Of a stretch of 64,000 bases of DNA, positions 56,613 through 64,000 are shown in pieces. Origin of the DNA: a bacterium (GTDB lineage: Bacteria > J088 > JAWLBW01); assembly GCA_041690355.1 (NCBI GenBank), contig JAWLHK010000004.1, forward strand, positions 62,001-126,000, read 5' to 3'. The first letter of the stretch is position 1. Every line of letters starts with the position of its first letter. The notes beneath the pieces were generated by a model. The model was given only the letters and a program-made list of their open reading frames with translations, was not told the DNA's origin and made no database searches. The translations under genes were made by a program, and so were the position numbers.

Positions 56613-57608
56613 ATGAAGATCCAAAGAATCCACGCCGACCATCCCGAGACCCTGCGCACCCTCGCGCTGCGTCACCGCCGGCACGGCGTCGAGACGCCCG
56701 GCGATCGCGACATCGTGCTCGAACCCATCGACGTGAAAACGATTCTCACGCGGAATCCGAATCCGGGCCTGCGCCACTACTGGAGCATCAATCCCTACCG
56801 CGGGTGCCAGTTCGGGTGCACCTACTGCTTCGCCCGCTACACGGCGAAGTTCGTGGAGATGAACGATCCCCTCGCGTTCGAACGGCGCATCTTCTACAAG
56901 CGCAATGCGCCCGAAGTCGCCCGGCAGCTGCGCGATCGCGATTTCTACGGCAAGCCGGTCGCCCTCGGCACAGCCACGGATCCCTGGCAGCCGGCCGAGG
57001 GGGCGCTGCGGATCACCCGCGGTATCCTCGAAGCGCTGCTGCGCTACCCCAGCCTCGATCTCTTCTGTCTGACGAAGAGCTCGCTCATCCGCCGCGACCG
57101 CGATCTCTTCGCGCAGCTCGTGAAGAGCGGACGCCCCGTGAGCGTCGGCTTCTCCATCACGACCCTCGATGCAGAACTGGCACGCAAGATGGAACCCCAG
57201 GCCGCCGCCCCCAGGGAACGCCTGCGGGCGATGCGCATGCTCGCCGACGCGGGGGTCACGGTGGGGATCATGGCCATGCCGGTCGTCCCCCTGCTCACCG
57301 ATCGGGAAGAGGATCTGGATGCGCTGCTCGGCGCCGCCCGTGAGCACGGCGCGAGTTTCGCGGTCGGCGGCGCGCTCCACCTGCGCACGGAACCGAAGAA
57401 GCGCTTTCTACCGTGGATCGACGAGACCTTCCCCGAGTACGCGCGCCAGTTCCACAGCGTCTACGACTATTCCGCCTATCACACGGAAGCGTACCGGGAG
57501 GAAATCCGCGCGCGCATCGACGCGCTCAAGCGTAAACACGGTTTTCCTGAAACCAGCGCCGATGCCCGGCCCGCCCGCAAGGGCGAGCAGCTGCAGATGC
57601 CCTTCTGA
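56613..57608 (+). CDS. Radical SAM protein, spore-photoproduct-lyase-like (Rv2578c/PA0069 group)
   Basis: SINPYRGCQFGCTYCFAR, GTATDPWQPAE, TKS.LI.RD; ends EQLQMPF. Confidence 0.88.
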   Translation: MKIQRIHADHPETLRTLALRHRRHGVETPGDRDIVLEPIDVKTILTRNPNPGLRHYWSINPYRGCQFGCTYCFARYTAKFVEMNDPLAFERRIFYKRNAPEVARQLRDRDFYGKPVALGTATDPWQPAEGALRITRGILEALLRYPSLDLFCLTKSSLIRRDRDLFAQLVKSGRPVSVGFSITTLDAELARKMEPQAAAPRERLRAMRMLADAGVTVGIMAMPVVPLLTDREEDLDALLGAAREHGASFAVGGALHLRTEPKKRFLPWIDETFPEYARQFHSVYDYSAYHTEAYREEIRARIDALKRKHGFPETSADARPARKGEQLQMPF

Positions 57609-57630
57609 GCCGGCGCTGGCGCGCCGGCTC

Positions 57631-57677
57631 CATTCCTGATTCCTGATGCTTGATTCCTGAGCAGGCAAGTACCGGAT
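57631..57677 (+). repeat. TTCCTGA-heptamer intergenic repeat, copy 2
   Basis: 30-nt core matches 63292-63321 at 29/30 positions. Confidence 0.8.
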
Positions 57678-57727
57678 GCCGTGCATGACAAACCCGCAGA
57701 TTGCGGCCCCCCTGCCAACGGGGGACA

Positions 57728-57955
57728 ATGTTTACCCAGATGACTGATTCGCAGCTGACAACACCCCAGCCCGAATACGACGCCGGCGGCGTCGATGTGA
57801 CTCTCATCCGCTGGATGCTCAGCTTAACGCCGGCGGAAAGGCTCGACGTCCTGCAACAGAACGTCAACGCAGTCCTGGAACTGAGGAATGCAGCCCGCGG
57901 CCCGGCTCCTAAGGCCGAACGGTCACGTGCCGGACCTGTCCTTGGACGTTTCTGA
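57728..57955 (+). CDS. Small hypothetical protein
   Basis: GVDVTLIRWMLSLTPAERL motif, of a type I recall upstream of nucleotidyltransferase genes; no such partner here. Confidence 0.55.
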   Translation: MFTQMTDSQLTTPQPEYDAGGVDVTLIRWMLSLTPAERLDVLQQNVNAVLELRNAARGPAPKAERSRAGPVLGRF

Positions 57956-57969
57956 TCGGGAATCAGGAA

Positions 57970-58833
57970 TTAAGAATCGCCCGCGCCCGTCTCTGCGCGC
58001 ACGACGCGCACCAGCGACGGCGTCTTCTCGCGCGGCAGATCGAGCTGCTCGGTCCACGCGCTGGGGTCATGCACGGTGACCTCGCGGAATCCGGCCTGGC
58101 GGAAGCCGGTGGCGATGGCCGCGTCGTCGGCGAAGTGGAAGTAGACGCCGCCGCGCGTGAGCCCCGCGATCCCCAGGCGCGCCCCCTGCAGGATCCAGCG
58201 CGCCGGGTGGCGGCGCGGCTCCGGATACAGATCGGTCAGATACAGCCCCTGCGGAAAACCGGAAAGCGCCGACGCCAGCCGCCGCCACATCCCGCCTATC
58301 GTCCGGAGCGGAAAATAATTGACGAGTCCTTCGGTGATGGCCACGGTCGGAACCCCGGGATCGAGCGTGCGCGAAAGTACCGCTTCGATCGTCTCGTCTC
58401 CCGCGGTGGCGAGCAGATCGCAGACCTCGACTCGATGCCCCTCGCCGAGCGCGCCTTCTTTTTCCAGCAGCGCGCGCTTGCGGGCCGCCATGCCCGGCAG
58501 ATCCGTCTCCACGTAGCGGATCCGGTCGCCGTATTTCCGGCAGAAGCTCCACCCGCGCGGCGAAAGTCCCGATGCGAACTCGACGACCTGCGCGAACCCC
58601 TGCGTTTCGATCGCTTCCGCGAGCAGGTGATCCAGAATCCGGTGCCGCTGAATCAAATGCGGCTCCATGCCGAGGCCCAGCACCGCCTGCGAGCCGCGGA
58701 TGAACGGCTGGAGGGCGTGAAAGAGCAGCCGGCCCTGCGGGGTCACGAACGGATCGGCCGACAGACCGTTCCGGTGCCAGACGAAACCGGTGTAGTGCGC
58801 CGTGAGGCTGATTCGTTCGCTCGGGTTTTTCAT
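57970..58833 (-). CDS. Class I SAM-dependent methyltransferase (LCM-like)
   Basis: ISLTAHYTGFVW, QVVEFASGLSPRG, YVETDLP, ITEGLVNYF. Confidence 0.85.
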   Translation of the reverse strand: MKNPSERISLTAHYTGFVWHRNGLSADPFVTPQGRLLFHALQPFIRGSQAVLGLGMEPHLIQRHRILDHLLAEAIETQGFAQVVEFASGLSPRGWSFCRKYGDRIRYVETDLPGMAARKRALLEKEGALGEGHRVEVCDLLATAGDETIEAVLSRTLDPGVPTVAITEGLVNYFPLRTIGGMWRRLASALSGFPQGLYLTDLYPEPRRHPARWILQGARLGIAGLTRGGVYFHFADDAAIATGFRQAGFREVTVHDPSAWTEQLDLPREKTPSLVRVVRAETGAGDS

Positions 58834-58840
58834 GGAGACC

Positions 58841-60235
58841 CTACGGCCGCTTTCCCTCAGCGACGACGATGAAATTGCGATCGGTGTGCTGGGTCTCTTC
58901 GTCCCACTGGCCGAGGACAACCGACACCCTCGCCTCGCCGCGCGTATCGGGCATCATGCGCAGCGACCCGAACTCGTCGGGGTCCCAGACGGTATCGGGG
59001 TGATTGAAGACGTAGTTCATCGTCCCGGTCCAGTCCGGATCGAGTCGGATTTCGAAAGTCGCGCTCACGCCGTTGGTCTGCGACCAGATGCCCGCAATGT
59101 GCTCGTGAAAGTCGAAGGCCTGGTAGGTGAACTGGAGCCGCAGATCCGACCCGACGGCCGTCACCTCCCAGACGCCAGGAATCTTCTCGCGCACCGTCCC
59201 CTTCCACGTCAGGGTCTGCCGATCGCCGGTTTCGCTCGTCCCCTCGATGTGGCGCGTGAACGTCCCCCGGCCGTCCCGGGGCAGCGTGCCCGTGTCCTCG
59301 ACCTTCGTGAACCGCTGCCCGGCCGGAAAAACCTGCGTCCGCCGCCACTCCGTCGCCGTTCGGGTGCCCGACACGTCGGCGCGCATGTAGGTCTCGCCCG
59401 TCTCGATCCAGCTCGACGGCTCGCCGCTGAGCGAAGAGAGGGGGATTTCACGCCCGTCGGCGTAGGCGAGCAGGCGATCGATGCGCAGGCTGTCGCCCTG
59501 CAGCGACATTTCAGCGCGGGCCGACTTCAGATGCGTGTTCGATTCGTAGGTGGCCGCTTCGGCATAGGTCCAGCCCTCGGCGTCGCGCAGGAGCGTGCCG
59601 CCGCTCGCGTCTTCCTTCGTCATCAGGGTCCAGCTCAGCGAGGCCGGGACGGCTTCGGAGACCATCTCGGCGTACCGGGCCGTGCGGATCATCTGGACCC
59701 GCCTGTCCTGCCCCATGAACGTCACGGCCTGGCGCACGACCCACGGCCCGGCATCCGTCGGCGCCGTTGCGGCCAGATCGCTTATCGCCTGATCGCGATA
59801 ACGCAACTGGGCGGTGAAACCGAGCACACGGTCGTCGGCCGGTCCGGTCGCGCCGCGCAGATAGCTCACGGTGACCGTCTCATCGGTGCGCATGTCGCCG
59901 CGCTCGAATCTGCGCTCGATGTCCCGCACGCAGAACTGCGGTCCGCAGACGGTACGCCGCTCGACGACGATGCCGTCGACCGTGACGGTCACCGGGACGG
60001 GCGAAGGCGCGTCGCCGATCGACCAGTCCTGATCCTCGAGGGGCAGGCGGAAGCGGAGGTGCGGCGGGAGCCCCCCGTTCTCCTCCGCGGCGCGCAGGTA
60101 ATCGCGGAAAGCGTTTGCGTAGTTGTAGACGAGCACGGCCGAGTTGAGCCCGTACGCATCCGGTCCCGGTTCTTCGCCGAAGAAGCAGCCCCCGAGGGTG
60201 AGGCTGAGCAGGATTGCCGCGGCCGTCTTTCTCAT
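58841..60235 (-). CDS. Hypothetical lipoprotein
   Basis: Start MRKTAAA at 60235; lipobox LGGC; beta-rich. Confidence 0.7.
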   Translation of the reverse strand: MRKTAAAILLSLTLGGCFFGEEPGPDAYGLNSAVLVYNYANAFRDYLRAAEENGGLPPHLRFRLPLEDQDWSIGDAPSPVPVTVTVDGIVVERRTVCGPQFCVRDIERRFERGDMRTDETVTVSYLRGATGPADDRVLGFTAQLRYRDQAISDLAATAPTDAGPWVVRQAVTFMGQDRRVQMIRTARYAEMVSEAVPASLSWTLMTKEDASGGTLLRDAEGWTYAEAATYESNTHLKSARAEMSLQGDSLRIDRLLAYADGREIPLSSLSGEPSSWIETGETYMRADVSGTRTATEWRRTQVFPAGQRFTKVEDTGTLPRDGRGTFTRHIEGTSETGDRQTLTWKGTVREKIPGVWEVTAVGSDLRLQFTYQAFDFHEHIAGIWSQTNGVSATFEIRLDPDWTGTMNYVFNHPDTVWDPDEFGSLRMMPDTRGEARVSVVLGQWDEETQHTDRNFIVVAEGKRP

Positions 60236-60341
60236 CCCCCATAGTGTACCCCGCCCCCCGGCCGGCACGCGACCGCCGGAGGGGCCGGATGCTCGCCCGT
60301 CCGGGTTTTCGGTTTTCGCGCGCCGGGCGCTATAATGTGCC

Positions 60342-62210
60342 ATGCGAAAACTCCCCGTTGTCCTCGTGTTTCTGGCCCTCGGCGCCTGCGCGCAGTCTGA
60401 GCCGGCCACCGCGCTGGAAGCGCCGACCGTCGTCTACCATCCGGCCGGCCGCATGCTCCCCTTCCCGTCGGACCGCTATCTCAAGGAAGACGTGGACCCG
60501 CAGGACGACTGGGAGCAGGCCACCGGTTATCGGCTCGACGTGAGCGCCTTTCGCGCTTCCGATCCGATTCTCCGGACGGTCGACGGCATTGAGGAAGGGC
60601 TCGGCGCACTCGACGGATTCGGCACGTCGGCCGACATCGCCATCGAATTCACGGCCACCCCGGAGCTCGGCAGCCTGACCGACGAGTTCAGGGCCTTCGA
60701 AGATTCGATTGCCGACCAGTCGCCGATTCATCTGATCTCCATCGACCCCACCGATCCCGAGGCGGGAAAACCGGTCCCCTTCGTGGCCCGTGAGATCGCC
60801 GACGGAAACACCGTGTTTCTCACGCCGTGGCGCCCGCTGCGCCCCGCGGGCTGGTACGCGGTCATCGTGCGCCCGGGGCTCAAGGACGTCGTGGGCAGGC
60901 CGTTCACGGCGCCCGAAGCCTTCCGCGCCGATTACGCGAGCGGCCGCGGCGAAGGGCTCGAGGGGGCCGGCTACGCGCGCCTGCGCGAAGTCGTCGCCAC
61001 GACGCCCCTCTTTGCGGTCACGTTCCGCACGGCCTCGGTCACGCCCTTTCTCGAAGAACTGCTCGCCGACATCCGCGACGACGCTCCCGCGCCGTTCACG
61101 TGGACGACGGTCGCCCCCGGCGCCGGCCACCCGGAACTCAAGTGGATCGTGGAGGGGGAATTCCTGCGCCGCGATTTCCGCGACGCGCGCGGCAAGCTGC
61201 ACCGCGCCGAGCAGGGGAACGAGTGGACGAAATTCACGGTCACGGTTCCCCTCACGACCGCGACGCGGCGCGAACCGTTCGGCCTCGTGCTCGGCCAGCA
61301 CGGCCTCGGCGACCGGCGGCAGGCGGTGCAGCGCATGGCCGACGGGCTGGCCACGTACGGCCTCGCCACGGTGGCCATCGACGCCCCCGAGCACGGCAGC
61401 CGGAATACGGTCGAGAGCGAGCTGATCGCGAGCCTCGAAACCCGCCTCGGTCTGTGGACCGAGAACGGGCGCCTGAAGATGGAACCCTGGAAGTTCCGCG
61501 ACATCATCCGCCAGCAGGTCATCGACCACCAGCAGATTCTGCGCGTCATGCGGAACTTCGATGTGGACCTGGGTCAGGATCCGGGGACCGATATCGATGC
61601 CGACCGCGTCGCGTACAGCGGCCAGTCGATGGGCGGCATCATGGGGGGCGTCAGCGGCGCGATGAACACCGAGCTGCTGCGCGTGCTGCTCAACGTGCCG
61701 GGCGGGCGCATCATCAACATTTTCACGCGCAACGAGCTGCTCGGCCAGACGGGCCTCATGCTGCTCAAGCCCCCCACCTTTTCCGAAGCCGACATGTGGC
61801 GCCTGCTCGCCATGTTTCAGGCCGTCGTCGACCCGGGCGATCCGATCAATTACGTCGCGCGCATCCAGCTCGCGCCCCCGGCCGGCGACGAGCCGCGCCC
61901 GCTGCTGATTCAGGGCGCGTTCAAGGACGTCACGCTCGCCAACCACACGACCTTCGATCTGGCGCGGGCCGCGCGGGCCCCCTACACGGGCCCCTGGAAG
62001 GGATCGCTCGCCGACCTGCCCGAGATCGCCGTCCCCGAGAATGGCATCGACGCCGACGCCCCGGCCGCCTTCAGCCTGTATGAAGAGGTGATCGTGCGCG
62101 GCAAGCTCGAGACCGCCGGACATGGCAACCTCTGGGCCAGCGATACGGCCATCGAACAGGCGGGCCCCTTTCTCGCACATGGGATCATCCTCCCCCCGGT
62201 GGTTCCGTGA
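60342..62210 (+). CDS. Lipoprotein with Ig-like domain and alpha/beta hydrolase (lipase-like)
   Basis: LGAC lipobox; PFPSD, LDGFG, QHGL, AIDAPEHG, nucleophile GQSMGG, DPGDPINY. Confidence 0.8.
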   Translation: MRKLPVVLVFLALGACAQSEPATALEAPTVVYHPAGRMLPFPSDRYLKEDVDPQDDWEQATGYRLDVSAFRASDPILRTVDGIEEGLGALDGFGTSADIAIEFTATPELGSLTDEFRAFEDSIADQSPIHLISIDPTDPEAGKPVPFVAREIADGNTVFLTPWRPLRPAGWYAVIVRPGLKDVVGRPFTAPEAFRADYASGRGEGLEGAGYARLREVVATTPLFAVTFRTASVTPFLEELLADIRDDAPAPFTWTTVAPGAGHPELKWIVEGEFLRRDFRDARGKLHRAEQGNEWTKFTVTVPLTTATRREPFGLVLGQHGLGDRRQAVQRMADGLATYGLATVAIDAPEHGSRNTVESELIASLETRLGLWTENGRLKMEPWKFRDIIRQQVIDHQQILRVMRNFDVDLGQDPGTDIDADRVAYSGQSMGGIMGGVSGAMNTELLRVLLNVPGGRIINIFTRNELLGQTGLMLLKPPTFSEADMWRLLAMFQAVVDPGDPINYVARIQLAPPAGDEPRPLLIQGAFKDVTLANHTTFDLARAARAPYTGPWKGSLADLPEIAVPENGIDADAPAAFSLYEEVIVRGKLETAGHGNLWASDTAIEQAGPFLAHGIILPPVVP

Positions 62211-63280
62211 GCGTCGAGCGGCGGCGCGGGTTCTGCGCGGCGGCCCTTGCACTGCTCCTGCTCCCGGCGGGCGCATGCAGCGGTGCACAGCCGCCCGCGA
62301 AGGACGCGGAAGAGAAGCCGCTGCGCTTTGCCTATCCGCTCGACGACACGCTGCGGCTCAACCAGATTCGCATGAAGGGGACGCACAACAGCTATCACAT
62401 CGCCCCCGACCCGAAGCAGCTCGACGAATGGGACTACACGCACCTGCCGCTGGATAAGCAGCTTGGGGAGCAGGGGGTGCGCCAGTTTGAACTCGATATC
62501 CACTTCGACAGCGAGGCAGAGCGGTTTCTGGTTCATCACCTCCCGCTCGACAACGCGACTACCTGCGCGCTTTTCACCGACTGCCTGACCGTCATTCGCA
62601 CCTGGTCTGACGCGCATCGCGGACACCACCCGATTTTCGTCTTCATCGAGCCCAAGGACGACGTCGATCCGCAGCTCGACAAGATTGCCGGCCGCTATGA
62701 CCATCTCGAAGCCGAAATCCTCTCCATCTGGCCGCGCGAGCGCATCCTGACCCCCGACACCGTGCGCGGCGAATTTCCCACCCTGGCCGGCGCCATCCAG
62801 GCCCGGGGCTGGCCGACGCTCGGCGAAGTGCGGGGGATGGCGGTTTTCGTGCTGCTCGACAGCGATCACGAACCGGGCGCGCACCACTACAACTACACCG
62901 GCGGCAACGTCTCGCTCGACGGAAAACTTCTCTTCGCGACGGCCCACGCCGATGATCCCTACGCCGCCATCCTCTCCATCAACAGCTCCCTGCACGACGG
63001 CGACGCTGTCGCCGCGGCGGTCGAAGCCGGGTTCATCGTGCGCACGATGACCGACGACCGGATTGAGGACGGCGTTCCCCTCTCGCACGACCGGATGTCG
63101 GCGGCCATCGGGGGGATGGCGCAGATTCTCAGCAGCGACTTCCCCGTTCCCGGAATCATCGCCGGCTACGGCCTTTCGCTCACCGACGGAACCCCCTCGG
63201 TCTGTCACCCCACCCTTGCACCCGCCGGCTGCACCTCGGCCGACGTCGAGTCCCCCGACCGCCTGCAGCCGCTGCCCTGA
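62207..63280 (+). CDS. Ca2+-dependent phosphoinositide phospholipase C-like lipoprotein
   Basis: LNQIRMKGTHNSYH, QL..GVRQFELDIH, HHPIFVFIEPK, AQILSSDFP. Confidence 0.85.
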   Translation: MSVERRRGFCAAALALLLLPAGACSGAQPPAKDAEEKPLRFAYPLDDTLRLNQIRMKGTHNSYHIAPDPKQLDEWDYTHLPLDKQLGEQGVRQFELDIHFDSEAERFLVHHLPLDNATTCALFTDCLTVIRTWSDAHRGHHPIFVFIEPKDDVDPQLDKIAGRYDHLEAEILSIWPRERILTPDTVRGEFPTLAGAIQARGWPTLGEVRGMAVFVLLDSDHEPGAHHYNYTGGNVSLDGKLLFATAHADDPYAAILSINSSLHDGDAVAAAVEAGFIVRTMTDDRIEDGVPLSHDRMSAAIGGMAQILSSDFPVPGIIAGYGLSLTDGTPSVCHPTLAPAGCTSADVESPDRLQPLP

Positions 63281-63291
63281 GGCCGGCGGCC

Positions 63292-63338
63292 CATTCCTGA
63301 CTCCTGATGCTTGATTCCTGAGACGCAAGGACCGGGAT
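63292..63338 (+). repeat. TTCCTGA-heptamer intergenic repeat, copy 3
   Basis: CATTCCTGACTCCTGATGCTTGATTCCTGA...GCAAGGACCGGGAT. Confidence 0.8.
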
Positions 63339-63540
63339 CACCTGCCCGTGCCCTGAGCTCAACCCCTGTGCTTAACCCCAGCGCCAAGCGCCCAGCGACC
63401 TCCTCACTCGCCACCTGTCAAGGGGGTGACCGCTCGCTTACCGAGCGCCCCCCTTGCGACCCTTTACACGTCCTAACCTGAAGTCAGTACCGGACTGCGC
63501 GACCTTGCGGTCCACTACCCAAAAGGAGAGGACGAAGATC

Positions 63541-64000
63541 ATGAATAAACTCGTAAGCGGCGGGCTCGTACTCGGGCTCGCGTTCACCCTGGGCGCTTGC
63601 GGCGGGCCGACCAACGGCAAGGGGACGATGGGCTCCGACGGCCGCAACAGCTTCTCGACCGCAGACCACGAGGAGCCGAGCATTCTCTCGGGCACGGTCT
63701 GTATCGAGGGGACGAAGCGCTACGATCCATCCCTCGGCGAAGCCGGAGACAACGAGCTGGAAGGCGTGGCCGGCATTCTCATCGAACTCTACGACGATGA
63801 AGAAAACCTGCTCGATACGACCTTCACCGACAGCGAAGGTCATTACCAGTTCTGCGGCCTTGACGAGGGGGACTACGTCGTCGTCGAGGTGCTTCCCGAC
63901 GCCACCGAGAACACCATCTGGATTCCGATCGGCGACACGGCAAAGGATGCCACCGTCGAGTTCGATGAGGAATTCTCGGGGACTTCGGTCAAGTACGAAG
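63541..64000 (+). CDS. Lipoprotein with SdrD B-like domain (runs off the window)
   Basis: Manual translation MNKLVSGGLVLGLAFTLGAC...GVAGILIELYD...DTTFTDSEGHYQFCGLDEGDYVVVEVLP; AGGAG RBS upstream. Confidence 0.8.
   Translation, partial: MNKLVSGGLVLGLAFTLGACGGPTNGKGTMGSDGRNSFSTADHEEPSILSGTVCIEGTKRYDPSLGEAGDNELEGVAGILIELYDDEENLLDTTFTDSEGHYQFCGLDEGDYVVVEVLPDATENTIWIPIGDTAKDATVEFDEEFSGTSVKYE

Noticed and set aside
1-64000. tRNA, rRNA, reverse transcriptase systems (retron, DGR, group II intron), prophage genes
   Set aside because: No such sequences or motifs were recognised by eye; a covariance/HMM search was not possible.

Overview
GC-rich bacterial chromosomal window from a diderm (many lipoproteins, an OM beta-barrel; Myxococcota/deltaproteobacteria-like by inference only), with many accessory insertions and decayed genes. 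The main structure is a chromosomal integron at about 39.1-46.2 kb: intI on +, a divergent low-GC cassette array on -, four attC-type sites in the array and a fifth orphan attC at 34.2 kb. IntI is missing one base in its catalytic Tyr codon. One array member is a tyrosine-recombinase + IS91/Y2 transposase element whose 15-bp terminal inverted repeats supply the R boxes of the two flanking attC sites, so it looks like a cassette that may mobilise itself. Downstream are four toxin-antitoxin loci (two with damaged toxins) and a lexA-imuA-imuB-dnaE2-radical SAM SOS mutagenesis locus. The same GTTC-N7-GTTC box precedes intI, lexA and imuA. The window also holds a heparinase-like lyase/GH105 pair, DUF2339/DUF3999, an Ada lacking its Zn domain, a stalked pilin-like protein, a PHM-type copper monooxygenase, two paralogous ~1170-aa surface lipoproteins, a FAD-oxidase operon beside an internally deleted Rieske gene, lipase/PI-PLC lipoproteins and several families of short repeats. 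No rRNA, tRNA or CRISPR array was seen. All family calls come from motif recognition, not database searches.
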